NCBI GenBank assembly: GCA_028066355.1
Contig: JALCBP010000003.1
Coordinates: 69,746 to 133,745, forward strand
Source of the DNA: Pirellulales bacterium
Lineage (GTDB): Bacteria > Planctomycetota > Planctomycetia > Pirellulales > UBA1268
Length of the DNA: 64,000 nt
Direction: 5' to 3'
Part shown: positions 1 to 10,076 of the stretch, one piece after another
Layout: every line of letters begins with the position of its first letter
Numbering within the stretch: the stretch's first letter is position 1
The notes under the pieces: generated by a model
What the model was told of the DNA's origin: nothing
Seen by the model: the letters and a program-made list of their open reading frames with translations, nothing else
The model's database searches: none
Made by a program: the position numbers and the translations under genes

Positions 1-819
1 GTATCAGGAGAGTCGGTTCAAATTCGCCTTGGGGGAAAAATAAAAGATATTGGTATCTCAAAACGCACCGGGCACTTTGAAACGAGCTTTGATCTCGATG
101 CACAAACAGTATCTGAAACTGTAGTTGAAACACCCTATGGACAAAAACTCTGTTTCGAATCGGTCAATGGAGACACATATTCCACGTCAGTAACAACCAT
201 GGGCTCTGTTCAGTTGCTCCATACGAGTGGAACCTCAGTCATTTCTGATATTGACGATACCGTCAAACTAACAAACGTTGCAGACCGCCGAGAACTCTTA
301 GCAAATACACTCTTGAGAGAATTTGTACCAATTCCAGACATGGTTGATCTTTACAAACACTGGTCATCGTCTGGAGCAGCCTTTCATTATGTATCAGCCA
401 GTCCGTGGCAACTCACAAGACCACTCAATGATTTTTTTCAGTCTGCAGGCCTGCCAGATGGATCTATGCACCTGAAGCTTTTTCGGTTAAAGGACTCAAC
501 ACCGCTTGGAAGGATGCGTTCTTCCAAAAAATCAAAACGGGACGTAATCATTGAAATAATAGATCATTTTCCAAATCGAAAATTTATTCTTGTCGGTGAT
601 TCTGGAGAGCGAGATCCCGAGGTTTACGCAAAAGTAGCACAGCAGCGGCAAAATCAGATAGCCGGTATTGCGATCCGTCGAGTTCCTAGCAGGAGGTCCA
701 AGCAAAAAACGGAGTATGCTCTCAAGAATCTTGCGCAAACTGTACCCAACGATATGTTGCGAGTGTTTACTTCAGCAGACGAAATCAGCGACCTTGTATC
801 GCCAAAAGAGATAATCTAG
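1..819 (+). CDS. App1-like HAD-superfamily phosphatase (DUF2183 family); 5' end lies upstream of the window
   Basis: Frame 1 has no stop from base 1 to the listed ATG at 199, so the ORF enters from upstream. The DxDxT motif (SDIDDTVK), SASPWQL and LVGDSGERDPEVY are the blocks I associate with App1/DUF2183 proteins. Confidence 0.7.
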   Translation, partial: VSGESVQIRLGGKIKDIGISKRTGHFETSFDLDAQTVSETVVETPYGQKLCFESVNGDTYSTSVTTMGSVQLLHTSGTSVISDIDDTVKLTNVADRRELLANTLLREFVPIPDMVDLYKHWSSSGAAFHYVSASPWQLTRPLNDFFQSAGLPDGSMHLKLFRLKDSTPLGRMRSSKKSKRDVIIEIIDHFPNRKFILVGDSGERDPEVYAKVAQQRQNQIAGIAIRRVPSRRSKQKTEYALKNLAQTVPNDMLRVFTSADEISDLVSPKEII

Positions 820-1223
820 GAATCCATTTCGAAGGCATTCTGGAAATGCTCAATGATTGGTGAATGACCAGAACGCCAAAAGAACCAACGGTTTTGAATT
901 GGTAGAGAAGGTGTAAACAGGACCGTAATAACATCGAGCCGAAATGAATAATTTTCAAGTCGATGCTGTTTTATGTAGGCATTCGCTAACGTACAAATTC
1001 GCTGTTTCTTCCGAGCATCGATTGTTTCAGCAGGATGTCCGTGATGGGTACTTGTTCTAGAGCGCACTTCGATGAAGACAACAGTGCGCTTATCAAGAGC
1101 AATGATATCGATATCACCGCGCAGAATACGTTCACGGTGAGCTATTATTTGATATCCCTGTTTTCGAAGATAACGAACAGCTTCTTGCTCACCTTGAAGG
1201 CCAATTGTTTTGCGAGTGGCCAC
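816..1223 (-). CDS. yraN: YraN-family (UPF0102) endonuclease-like protein
   Basis: 135 aa. GEQEAVRYLRKQGYQIIAHRERILRGDIDIIALDKRTVVFIEVRSR fits the UPF0102 pattern. Its stop overlaps the stop of the convergent App1-like gene by 4 nt. Confidence 0.8.
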   Translation of the reverse strand: MATRKTIGLQGEQEAVRYLRKQGYQIIAHRERILRGDIDIIALDKRTVVFIEVRSRTSTHHGHPAETIDARKKQRICTLANAYIKQHRLENYSFRLDVITVLFTPSLPIQNRWFFWRSGHSPIIEHFQNAFEMDS

Positions 1224-1261
1224 CCAAAGTCCTTTTTGTGATTCTCAGATCACAGTAACCA

Positions 1262-1627
1262 TTATTTGGTTTTCGCGTCGGTTCGACGTTCACGAAGACG
1301 CACTGCTTTTCCAACACGATCACGCAAATAATACAATTTCGCACGTCGTGTAACACCGGATCGTTTCACAACGATCTTTGCAATTTTTGGGGAATGAACA
1401 GGGAATTTGCGCTCCACCCCTTCCCCTGAAACAATTCGACGAACAGTAAACATCTCACGACTGCCAGAACCGCTGCGGGCAATAACGACACCATTGAAGA
1501 TCTGAGTCCGTTCTTTATTTCCTTCAAGAATACGATTATGGACGTCTACTGTGTCGCCAATTTCAAATTTATCAATTTCCTTTTTTAGGCTGTTTGATTC
1601 AACGTGCTCGAGAATTTGCTGACTCAT
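1262..1627 (-). CDS. rplS: 50S ribosomal protein L19
   Basis: 121 aa. FEIGDTVDVHNRILEGNKERTQIFNGVVIA...FTVRRIVSGEGVERKFPVHSPKI is typical L19. It sits in the conserved trmD-rplS context. Confidence 0.95.
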   Translation of the reverse strand: MSQQILEHVESNSLKKEIDKFEIGDTVDVHNRILEGNKERTQIFNGVVIARSGSGSREMFTVRRIVSGEGVERKFPVHSPKIAKIVVKRSGVTRRAKLYYLRDRVGKAVRLRERRTDAKTK

Positions 1628-1664
1628 TTTCTAATCTCCAAGAAATGTAGCGTACTGTTGTAAA

Positions 1665-2387
1665 TTATTTTTCTGTGTGTTTGTTTGATTGCGTGCGGGT
1701 GGCATGAACCGCCTGAGTTTTACGCCAAGCAGCAATTCGTTGATGGTCACCGGTTAAAAGGACATCGGGTACGCGAAGACCACGATATTCACGAGGACGC
1801 GTATACTGTGGGCCTTCGATAAGTCTTTCCGTGCCCGAGAACGAATCATCGACAGCACTTCGTGAGTCACCAAGAACGCCAGGTATTAGCCTAGCAACAG
1901 CATCAATAATCACCATAGCAGCTACTTCACCGCCTGAAAGGACATAGTTTCCAACTGAAATGAGGTCTGGCTTCAGTGTGTCACAGATCCGTTGATCAAA
2001 TCCCTCATACCTTCCACAGAGAAGAATGAGGCGTTGTCGTCCAGCGAGCTCTTCAACAACTTCCTGAGTGAGTGGTCGTCCGGCGGGCGAGAGCATTTTA
2101 ATACTACTTGATAAGTCAGGACTACTTGAAGATTCAGGAAGTTCGGACGAACTATTTTGATCGAACAGAGACTCAACGCAGTCAACAACTGGGCCGGGCA
2201 TAAGAAGCATTCCAGGACCTCCACCGTATGGACGATCATCAACTTGCCGGTGGACTCCAGTCGCAAAGTCTCGGATATTTTTCAATCGGATGTCGAGTAA
2301 ACCGGATTTTTGCGCAGCGCCCAGTAAACTTCCATCAAGAAAGCCCTGAAACATTTCAGGGAATAGCGTAACGACGTCGATCCGCAT
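1665..2387 (-). CDS. trmD: tRNA (guanine37-N1)-methyltransferase TrmD
   Basis: MRIDVVTLFPEMF, DDRPYGGGPGM, CGRYEGFDQR and SVGNYVLSGGE blocks. It carries a Ser-rich insertion (NSSSELPESSSSPDLSSS). Confidence 0.93.
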   Translation of the reverse strand: MRIDVVTLFPEMFQGFLDGSLLGAAQKSGLLDIRLKNIRDFATGVHRQVDDRPYGGGPGMLLMPGPVVDCVESLFDQNSSSELPESSSSPDLSSSIKMLSPAGRPLTQEVVEELAGRQRLILLCGRYEGFDQRICDTLKPDLISVGNYVLSGGEVAAMVIIDAVARLIPGVLGDSRSAVDDSFSGTERLIEGPQYTRPREYRGLRVPDVLLTGDHQRIAAWRKTQAVHATRTQSNKHTEK

Positions 2388-2405
2388 GGCACGTCCTGCA
2401 CTTGC

Positions 2406-2948
2406 TCACTCGGTAGTCTCGTCAGTCTTTGCCTCAGCATCTGGAGCTTCCGTGGCCGATGAGGCTTCAGCGGATGCTGGCTCATCAGTTGGTTGCTCCG
2501 CGGGTTTGGCATCTTTTGTATCCGTTTCAGCCGATACTGCAGCAGAAGAATCGTCGCTTGCAGATTCAGATGGTGCATCCGCTTCTGCTACTGGTGATTC
2601 CTCTTCCAACGGTGCTGCAACTACTGGCTCACCAGCCTCCGGTACGATCCGAGGCAGGGATAACCTTGCACGAGCTTCTTCCATTGCTTTGACGTGTGTG
2701 CCATTTGTCCCATATTTCTTTATGAGAACTTGCACTTTATCACTTGGTTGAGCTCCTACGCTCAGCCAATAATCCACTCTTGCTGATTTGAGAGTGCAGC
2801 GGGCGTCGGTATCAGACACACTCGGGTCGTATGTGCCAAGTTCTTCAATAACGCGACCATCCCGGGGTGTCCGGCGGTCAGTTGCACAAATCCTGAAAAA
2901 AGGACGATGTGTACGTCCCATTCGTTTCATACGAATTACCACTGCCAC
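2406..2948 (-). CDS. rpsP: 30S ribosomal protein S16 with long acidic C-terminal tail
   Basis: The N-terminus MAVVIRMKRMGRTHRPFFRICATDRRTPRDGRVIEELGTYDP is canonical S16. The last ~90 aa are Ala/Glu/Asp/Ser-rich low complexity. Confidence 0.93.
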   Translation of the reverse strand: MAVVIRMKRMGRTHRPFFRICATDRRTPRDGRVIEELGTYDPSVSDTDARCTLKSARVDYWLSVGAQPSDKVQVLIKKYGTNGTHVKAMEEARARLSLPRIVPEAGEPVVAAPLEEESPVAEADAPSESASDDSSAAVSAETDTKDAKPAEQPTDEPASAEASSATEAPDAEAKTDETTE

Positions 2949-3158
2949 GATTTCAACTCTCCAAAATTATGAATTGGTCGGTACTTGGATTCACATACTG
3001 TCACCAACACGTGGTGCTTCCAGCATGTGCATGGTCGCAGGTGCGCCGGGCCTTCTAAGGTACACCACAACGAGTCGTAAAAAAGGTGGGTACTGTATTT
3101 TTTTTGTTCAGGGACGACTCACAACAGGATTGAAGACACCTGACGGCCGGCAGGAAGA

Positions 3159-4634
3159 TCAACGTCGAGCGTCTCGTTTTCGCCGTCGGGCCTCTTTTTC
3201 CCGCTGTTTTTTGAGTTTTCGTCTCTGTTCAGCTGTTAATCTCTTCCCTGTATCACCCTTTGGTCGTCCGAGACGGCCTGCCGGATTGCCCATAGCGGAT
3301 TGCATTTTTTGGACCTCTCGCATTCGATCTTTCATTCCTAGGCCTGCCATGCCTTTCATCATAGAGGCCATACCATCAAACTGCTTTACGAGATCATTGA
3401 CTTCTTGAGGCTGAACACCTGCTCCAGTTGCAATGCGTCTGCGTCGTGTCTGATCAATCACCCGTGACGGGTTACGTCGTTCTTCAGGTGTCATTGAATC
3501 AATGATTCCAAATAGTCGATTGATGTCTTTTTCAAGATCAGCACCGGCTAATGTTTCCTGCATCCCTCCCATACCAGGAATCATTCCAATAACTTTTCCA
3601 AGTGGGCCAAGCCGCCTGGTTTGGAGCATCATTTTTTTGAAGTCCTCAAGTGTAAATTCACCTGACTTGAGACGTTCCTCTTGTCGCTGCATCTCGTCTT
3701 GATCAAATTTTCTTTGAGCTTCTTCAACGAGACTTACGACATCCCCCATACCAAGAATTCGGCCGGCGAGTCGGTCGGGATGAAATTCTTCAAGCGCATC
3801 AACGCCCTCACCGGTTCCCATAAATTTAATCGGTACACCGGTGACACTTTTTACTGATAGCGCAGCACCACCCCGAGCGTCGCCATCTAGTTTCGTCATG
3901 ATGACGCCATCAATTTCAAGCGATTCGTTAAAGGCTTTCGCACTTGAAACAGCATCCTGACCGGTCATCGCATCAACAACCAAAAACACCTGATCAGGCG
4001 AAACTGTTCGATCAATGCGTGATAATTCAGCCATTAATTCTTGATCAATAGAAAGCCTGCCTGCTGTATCAAGAATGACAACATCGATCCCATCCTTCTT
4101 TGCTTTTTTTACACCAGCCTTGCAAACCGCAACGGGGTCAGCCTGGTCATGAGGAGTATGCACCGGTATACCAATTTGTTCACCCAGCACCGATAGTTGC
4201 TCAATCGCTGCAGGTCGTTGTAAATCAGCAGCAACAAGCATGACTCCTTTTCCCTGCTCCTTGAGGCGTCGAGCAAGTTTTCCACACGTGGTGGTTTTTC
4301 CTGATCCTTGGAGCCCACAAAGCATAAGAATTGTGGTATCGCCTGAATGAAAAGAAAGCTCATGGTCGACCGGTCCCATGAGATTAATTAGTTCGCGGTG
4401 CACAATGCCGATGAGTTGTTGTGCTGGATCTAGGGCATCAAGAACCTTTGCACCAACAGCATCTGCAGAAACACGGTCGAGGAATTCCTCAACAACATCG
4501 TATGCAACATCAGCTTCAAGAAGTGCTGTTCGAACCTCACCGAGGCCCTCGCGCATATTTGATTCAGAAAGTTTTCCTCTACCACGGAGAGAACTTATTG
4601 CAGAGGTAAGCGAATTGGAGAGATTGTCAAACAT
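3159..4634 (-). CDS. ffh: Signal recognition particle protein Ffh
   Basis: 491 aa. GTPase motifs [20 protein letters not shown] and [10 protein letters not shown], plus a Met-rich M domain (GMIPGMGGM). It ends in a Lys/Arg-rich tail ([21 protein letters not shown]). Confidence 0.95.
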   Translation of the reverse strand: MFDNLSNSLTSAISSLRGRGKLSESNMREGLGEVRTALLEADVAYDVVEEFLDRVSADAVGAKVLDALDPAQQLIGIVHRELINLMGPVDHELSFHSGDTTILMLCGLQGSGKTTTCGKLARRLKEQGKGVMLVAADLQRPAAIEQLSVLGEQIGIPVHTPHDQADPVAVCKAGVKKAKKDGIDVVILDTAGRLSIDQELMAELSRIDRTVSPDQVFLVVDAMTGQDAVSSAKAFNESLEIDGVIMTKLDGDARGGAALSVKSVTGVPIKFMGTGEGVDALEEFHPDRLAGRILGMGDVVSLVEEAQRKFDQDEMQRQEERLKSGEFTLEDFKKMMLQTRRLGPLGKVIGMIPGMGGMQETLAGADLEKDINRLFGIIDSMTPEERRNPSRVIDQTRRRRIATGAGVQPQEVNDLVKQFDGMASMMKGMAGLGMKDRMREVQKMQSAMGNPAGRLGRPKGDTGKRLTAEQRRKLKKQREKEARRRKRDARR

Positions 4635-4838
4635 GACAAAGAGTATAACTACGAAGCAGCATAAAAATGAGTGGATGATGAAGAATCCAGCACAGATTCA
4701 GCTCGTTAAGACGCCAGATACAGCTCGATACGACGATGGACCGCTCGAATCGGGAGCGAACACCCATTGTGTCGCAATACCCGATGCGTGGCCGGCAAGA
4801 GCGGTGCATCGTCGTATCGAGCTAAAAAGTACTTGGCA

Positions 4839-5141
4839 TTAAGAAAAAGTACCAGGATCACTCACAACAGGAGTTGGACCAATGACTGTGCCGCTTTCCA
4901 CTCCGCCTTCGCAACAAGGCGTAGGACTTCCGCATGGTTCGCAACCACAGGGAGCCGCTCCGCACGGTTCACATGGCGCTTGACCGCATGGTGTATTGCA
5001 GTTGTTCTGATAGAGTCCCCGGCCCGTATTTCGGAATTCAAGAAAAGACGGTCGTCTGCAACTATTCCCGAAGCAACTACTACATCCTGGTAGAACGACC
5101 AAACAGCCCAGTGCAGTCAGCAGGCAAACAAGACGTGTCAT
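4839..5141 (-). CDS. Small Cys/Pro-rich putative lipoprotein (hypothetical)
   Basis: 100 aa. Hydrophobic leader ending in the lipobox-like LPGC. There are 12 Cys from C20 onward, 9 of them within residues 48-77 as repeated (P)C-x-PCG units. It overlaps a + strand ORF (4767-5093), so coding status is not certain. Confidence 0.45.
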   Translation of the reverse strand: MTRLVCLLTALGCLVVLPGCSSCFGNSCRRPSFLEFRNTGRGLYQNNCNTPCGQAPCEPCGAAPCGCEPCGSPTPCCEGGVESGTVIGPTPVVSDPGTFS

Positions 5142-5413
5142 AGGGGAGTCTCCCGGTGAATCAAATTAAAGTCGCTGAGTACTGAATGACCTGATTGCAA
5201 TAGAGCGAAAGCAACAGTCAATCAGTCTTGCTGAGCAACCCTACCTCACGCTTGCATGATGTGACGGAAGTTTTTATCTCCTCACCAATTTTTCCGTGCT
5301 AGTGTTGAAAGTGAACGTTAAGGTTTACGGAAACCGCATTGTTTCACAAACCATTCTTTTCGCCGTGAAAAGGTAGTTTTTCATTTTTGTAATCGGGCTG
5401 TTGTTCAACACTG

Positions 5414-6463
5414 ATGTCTGGAACTCACGAAAGAAAAACAAGTTTGTACCGTTTGTACCGATTGTCCTGGGTATTTTTGACCTTCGGACTATTTGGTTGT
5501 GTTTCAGTACCTGTCTCTGGTGCATCCAATGGTTCACAGGCTTGTTGCGAGCCGAATATCTGGGTTTTCAGTACAAGGCATCTCCCAGGTATTTGTTGTA
5601 TACCAGAAGTGGTGAACCCTACTGTACAGCGTTATGAGCCAGAGCATTGTAGATGGCTCTCGGACGACGTTGGAAGTTTGCTTTCGGGAAAAGGACCTCT
5701 TGTCATTTTTCTACATGGAAATCGATATGACGCATGGTCGGCAAAACAACAGGGTATCCGTCTTGCAAAGCGTTGTAGTTTTTTCATGTCCCATTCGGTG
5801 GACACACAGTTGATGATTTATTCATGGCCTAGTCAGCAGGATGGCTGTCTGCTGAAAGATGGTCGAAACAAATATCATCGCTGTTTTACGGAAGGACATT
5901 ATCTGGCATGGCTCCTTGGCCAGATAGACCCCGAGCGTCCGGTTGTTTTTATTGGATACAGCTTCGGTGCACTTATTACGCTTGAGGCTTTAGAGGATCT
6001 TGTTGCAGCAGAAAATTCAGGTAGGCCTGTCAGTCCGTGGCAACACCGACCAGGAGACACACGGCTCATTTTTGTAGCTCCGGCAGTTCGGTGTGACGCG
6101 TTCGCACCGTGTGGAAAATACCGTGAAACACTAGCGTGCGTAGATCGTGTTTCACTGACCATCAATTCAAGAGATGATGCGTTACGATTTTTCCACCTCC
6201 TCGACACCCGTACCAATGTTGACGCACTCGGGTATAACGGGATGCCACGCAGATGGATGCCGCCCGAAATTTTATATTCCGCAGTAGATGCCCGACGGAT
6301 TATCGGTCGTGAGCATGGCTTTCCACTGTACCTTAAATCAAACACACTTATGCATCGAATCTGTCGTGATGCGTATAGTGGACTTGAAGTAAGTTCTCAT
6401 GAAATGATTTTGAAACACAAAAGTATTTTGAGAAAAGATATTGAAACTCAGGAATCTGAGTAA
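5414..6463 (+). CDS. Alpha/beta-hydrolase-fold protein (DUF900-like), probable lipoprotein
   Basis: 349 aa. Leader with LFGC, VIFLHGNRYD, and the nucleophile-elbow-like GYSFG (FIGYSFGALITLEAL). Confidence 0.55.
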   Translation: MSGTHERKTSLYRLYRLSWVFLTFGLFGCVSVPVSGASNGSQACCEPNIWVFSTRHLPGICCIPEVVNPTVQRYEPEHCRWLSDDVGSLLSGKGPLVIFLHGNRYDAWSAKQQGIRLAKRCSFFMSHSVDTQLMIYSWPSQQDGCLLKDGRNKYHRCFTEGHYLAWLLGQIDPERPVVFIGYSFGALITLEALEDLVAAENSGRPVSPWQHRPGDTRLIFVAPAVRCDAFAPCGKYRETLACVDRVSLTINSRDDALRFFHLLDTRTNVDALGYNGMPRRWMPPEILYSAVDARRIIGREHGFPLYLKSNTLMHRICRDAYSGLEVSSHEMILKHKSILRKDIETQESE

Positions 6464-6542
6464 TCGGCTTACTTTTTTGTGAGCCTCTATCAGATGTAGT
6501 ACGAGTTTGGGTTTTGTTCTGAGGATGAAAGAGAAATTGTCT

Positions 6543-7541
6543 TTATAGGACTGAATCCTCGAGGACGCCGTTCTTCTTTTCAAAAAACCATCGGGCAGTC
6601 GCTTCCAATCCTTCATGGAATGAATATGTTGGCTTCCAGCCTAGGATGTTCCTAGCACGGCTTGCGTCGAGGAGACTCGACCGTAGGTCTCCAACCCGCT
6701 CTGGGCCATACTCGGGTTCAGGCAGGGTTTGTTCTTTAGAAGTACGTGTATAAAGCTGTTCTGTCTGTGTTCGCAAGTTCTTCTCGAGCGTATTGACATC
6801 AGTGCCGATTCCCGTGCCTATATTAAGAGAAAGCGTTTTTCTTTCACTAAAGTGCTGCTCATCTAAAGAAATAGCAGCGAGATTCGCAGCAGCAACATCA
6901 GGGCCGTAGACATAATCACGAATATATTTTCCATCACCATTGATGCGAGCAGGATGACCATCGAGGAATTGATTACAGAAAATAGCAACTACCCCGGCCT
7001 CGCCATGGGGATCTTGTCGAGGTCCGTAGACATTTGAATATCGTAGTGCGATTGATGACAGTCCGTGTTCTCGAGCATAGAAATCAAGATATCTTTCACC
7101 AACCCACTTAGTAATACCGTATGGGCTAATCGGGTTTGCAGGTGCTGTCTCAGGAGCAGGTGTTGTAACGTCTCCATACAATACACCACCGGAGGATGCG
7201 AAGACCATTCGCTTGCAACTCGTGTTGACGGCAGCGTTGAGTACAGAAAGAAGGCCGAGGCAATTGATATCGGCATCCAATAGAGGGTCACGAACAGAGC
7301 GACTGACTGATAGCTGAGCTGCTTGGTGACAAACAGCATCAGGTTGAAACTTCTGAAAAATGTCAGCGATACGCTGTGTATTACGGATATCAACCTTGTG
7401 AAGTGGTATGTCTTCGGGAACATTCCCAGATAACCCACTCGAAAGATCATCAATGACTTCGACGTTGTGACCAGATTGTAAACACGCATCCACAATGTGG
7501 CTGCCAATAAACCCCGCGCCGCCGGTTACTATGATCTTCAT
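6543..7541 (-). CDS. NAD-dependent sugar epimerase/dehydratase (GalE-like SDR)
   Basis: 332 aa. MKIIVTGGAGFIGSH Rossmann motif and the YxxxK catalytic pair in SPYGITKWVGE. It lies directly downstream of gmd on the same strand. Confidence 0.85.
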   Translation of the reverse strand: MKIIVTGGAGFIGSHIVDACLQSGHNVEVIDDLSSGLSGNVPEDIPLHKVDIRNTQRIADIFQKFQPDAVCHQAAQLSVSRSVRDPLLDADINCLGLLSVLNAAVNTSCKRMVFASSGGVLYGDVTTPAPETAPANPISPYGITKWVGERYLDFYAREHGLSSIALRYSNVYGPRQDPHGEAGVVAIFCNQFLDGHPARINGDGKYIRDYVYGPDVAAANLAAISLDEQHFSERKTLSLNIGTGIGTDVNTLEKNLRTQTEQLYTRTSKEQTLPEPEYGPERVGDLRSSLLDASRARNILGWKPTYSFHEGLEATARWFFEKKNGVLEDSVL

Positions 7542-7616
7542 TGCGAACCCAAAAGTTGGTATTTAGTACTGCCAAAAACTCATTATAAGTCACGTGACAG
7601 TAGGGTTTGGTTCAGG

Positions 7617-7641
7617 AAAGACAATAGAGAAACTTGTCTTT
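7617..7641 (-). other. Perfect 8-bp stem / 9-nt loop hairpin between gmd and the epimerase gene
   Basis: AAAGACAA (7617-7624) pairs with TTGTCTTT (7634-7641). No U-run follows on the minus strand, so it is not a classical terminator. It may be a processing or attenuation element, or it may have no function. Confidence 0.25.
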
Positions 7642-7679
7642 TAACTTTACCAGGAAGGCTTGCAAGCGGGCATCCTCCT

Positions 7680-8711
7680 TCATGCAGCTTGGCTGCCACG
7701 AAGCTGCTTTCCTTTGAGAATGAGTTCCTGTTGAGCAAGTCTCATGTCGTTCTCGACCATCATTGTGACGAGTTGATCAAAGCTTGTTTCTGGTTTCCAT
7801 CCCAACTGCTCGCATGCCTTGGTAGAGTCACCAAGAAGGAGTTCAACTTCAGCGGGACGGTAATAGCGAGGATCAATTTCAACATGATCTTCGTAGTTGA
7901 GTCCAAGCTGACTAAAGGTTTTCTTACAGAAGTCTCGAACAGAATAGAGTTCATTTGTTGCAACAACATAGTCATCAGGAGTTTCCTGTTGAAGCATGCG
8001 CCACATTGCTTCTACGTAGTCACCTGCAAAACCCCAATCTCGTTTTGCATCAAGGTTGCCGAGATACAGTTTTTCTTGAAGACCTAGTTTAATACGAGTT
8101 GCTCCACGTGTGATTTTTCGAGTAACAAAGGTCTCGCCACGTCTCGGGCTTTCATGATTGAAAAGAATGCCACATGATGCGTGCAGGTCATAACTCTCGC
8201 GATAGTTGATAGTAATCCAGTGGCTATACACCTTTGCGACGCCGTAAGGGCTACGCGGATAAAATGGAGTCGTTTCCTTCTGAGGAGTCTCAACTACTTT
8301 CCCGAACATTTCAGAACTTGAGGCCTGATAAAAACGAATTTGACAACCGGTATCGTCCTGTACATCCCGAATGGCTTCCAAGAGACGCAACGTACCTACA
8401 GCAGTTACGTCAGCGGTATATGTAGGTTGATCAAAACTGACTCGAACATGACTTTGAGCAGCCAAGTTATAGACTTCGTGTGGTTCGATTTCTCTGAGCA
8501 GTCGCATTAACCCATTGCCGTCTGCAAGATCACCATAGTGCAGGTGTAGCTGCGGATTATCACCAAAAATTAGATGTTCTATTCTCTCTGTTCCGAATGT
8601 ACTCGAGCGTCGTCGTAGGCCATGTACTTCATACCCCTTAGCCAACAGCAGTTCTGCCAAATACGAACCATCTTGACCAGTTACTCCAGTGATAAGGGCT
8701 CGTTGCGACAT
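7680..8711 (-). CDS. gmd: GDP-mannose 4,6-dehydratase
   Basis: 343 aa. [43 protein letters not shown] and [10 protein letters not shown] are textbook Gmd blocks. Confidence 0.93.
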   Translation of the reverse strand: MSQRALITGVTGQDGSYLAELLLAKGYEVHGLRRRSSTFGTERIEHLIFGDNPQLHLHYGDLADGNGLMRLLREIEPHEVYNLAAQSHVRVSFDQPTYTADVTAVGTLRLLEAIRDVQDDTGCQIRFYQASSSEMFGKVVETPQKETTPFYPRSPYGVAKVYSHWITINYRESYDLHASCGILFNHESPRRGETFVTRKITRGATRIKLGLQEKLYLGNLDAKRDWGFAGDYVEAMWRMLQQETPDDYVVATNELYSVRDFCKKTFSQLGLNYEDHVEIDPRYYRPAEVELLLGDSTKACEQLGWKPETSFDQLVTMMVENDMRLAQQELILKGKQLRGSQAA

Positions 8712-8876
8712 CTAATTTCCTTTTTACCAAGAAGCGAACAACGTAGAATTTTGCAGTCAGAACAAAGCAGAATTCCACAATATGGGCGGAAAATATCAAT
8801 TTAATGTTCTGAGTGACAGAGTAATTTCTGCGTCGTTAAACCGATTTTTGCATAAATAATCGCTTCTCGTCTTCAG

Positions 8877-10076
8877 TCACCGCTCGAGCACTGTCTTGTA
8901 GACATCAGCATATCCCTTGGCAGCCGCCTGCCAGGAATAGGTAGCGGCATGCTTTCGGCTACGGATTGCTGATTGCGGATCGCTTTGGAAAGCGCTCAAA
9001 GCATTCTGGACAGTCATGGCCATTTCAACAGGTTCGTAAGAAGGAAAGAGCATCCCACTTTCACCAGCAACCTCTGGAAGACTTGTACGATTGGATATGG
9101 CAACAGGTTTCCCGCATTGCATGGCCTCGAGCACTGGAAATCCAAATCCCTCGGTCAAGGACGGAAAGGCGAATACTTCACAGTTTTGATACAACCAGGC
9201 CCTCTCCGTATCAGAGATGATACCAGGCAGAAGCACCTGGCTTGTGAGATTGGATTGCTTTATCGATTGAATAACCTTTCTCCCGTAAGGCGTATCCTTT
9301 TTACCAGCTATAACGAGTTTATAGTCTGGCAAGTGCTTCATCATTTCAATCAACGTGTGAAAATTTTTGTGCTGAAGAAAGTTTCCAATAGAAAAAATAA
9401 ATGGACTCTTCGGTGTCCAAGAAGGTTGATTATGGATAATTTCAGAAGGTGGTGTCAGTCCGTTTGGAACAACATGAATGTCCTTGGATCCAACATCAAT
9501 ATGTTTAGCCAAATCAGTGGCTGTATATTTTGAAACAGTGACAATAGCAGTTGCCCGCGTCACGAGTTTTTGAATGCGGGCAAGCCGCTGGTGAATTCGT
9601 TCCTGCTGATAATTACAATCTGTCATGTGTAAAAAATTCAGATCGTGTACGGTTAGCACAACAGGCATTTGGTCATCGAACGGTAAATACTTTGATGTCT
9701 GATGAGTTACATGCCAGAGCCCAGGCCCACCGTCTTTTTTAAAGTGACGGCCAATAGGCCGTACCCACCGCTGAAAACTCTCTTTATTCCACGGATGAAC
9801 TTTTATGCTGCCGTACTTGGCATTTGGGGTACCAGCAAAATAGTGATCACACTTCTCGGGCAGAAAGAAGACAGGCTCAAAACAATTATCGGACCGAGCA
9901 AGTAGTTCCTGAGCAAGGTAAAGAGAGAACCGACCTAGACCACAGTTGATATGACGAAGTTTCTCAAGATCGATAACTACGCGAGGCATTGTGTCAGGTT
10001 GGTTCGTACTCGTGTCGAACAGCGCACCGGTGAGACGTGTCGAATTCATGAATAAGCTAGTCAGAACTGAGAACAC
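8877..10076 (-). CDS. Family-1 (GT4-like) glycosyltransferase
   Basis: The C-terminal half carries the GT-B EX7E-type region (FAFPSLTEGFGFPVLEAMQCGKPV). The likely true start is the internal ATG at 9989 (MPRVVIDLEKL). Confidence 0.8.
   Translation of the reverse strand: MFSVLTSLFMNSTRLTGALFDTSTNQPDTMPRVVIDLEKLRHINCGLGRFSLYLAQELLARSDNCFEPVFFLPEKCDHYFAGTPNAKYGSIKVHPWNKESFQRWVRPIGRHFKKDGGPGLWHVTHQTSKYLPFDDQMPVVLTVHDLNFLHMTDCNYQQERIHQRLARIQKLVTRATAIVTVSKYTATDLAKHIDVGSKDIHVVPNGLTPPSEIIHNQPSWTPKSPFIFSIGNFLQHKNFHTLIEMMKHLPDYKLVIAGKKDTPYGRKVIQSIKQSNLTSQVLLPGIISDTERAWLYQNCEVFAFPSLTEGFGFPVLEAMQCGKPVAISNRTSLPEVAGESGMLFPSYEPVEMAMTVQNALSAFQSDPQSAIRSRKHAATYSWQAAAKGYADVYKTVLER

Noticed and set aside
14-26. 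GGTTCAAATTC resembling a tRNA T-loop
   Set aside because: It lies inside the open App1-like reading frame, and no acceptor or anticodon stems can be drawn around it.
2386-2751. 121-aa and 87-aa ORFs on the + strand opposite the rpsP C-terminal tail
   Set aside because: They are shadow ORFs in low-complexity, GC-richer DNA that encodes the acidic S16 tail on the other strand. Their translations are Ala/Ser-rich with no start context or recognisable motif.
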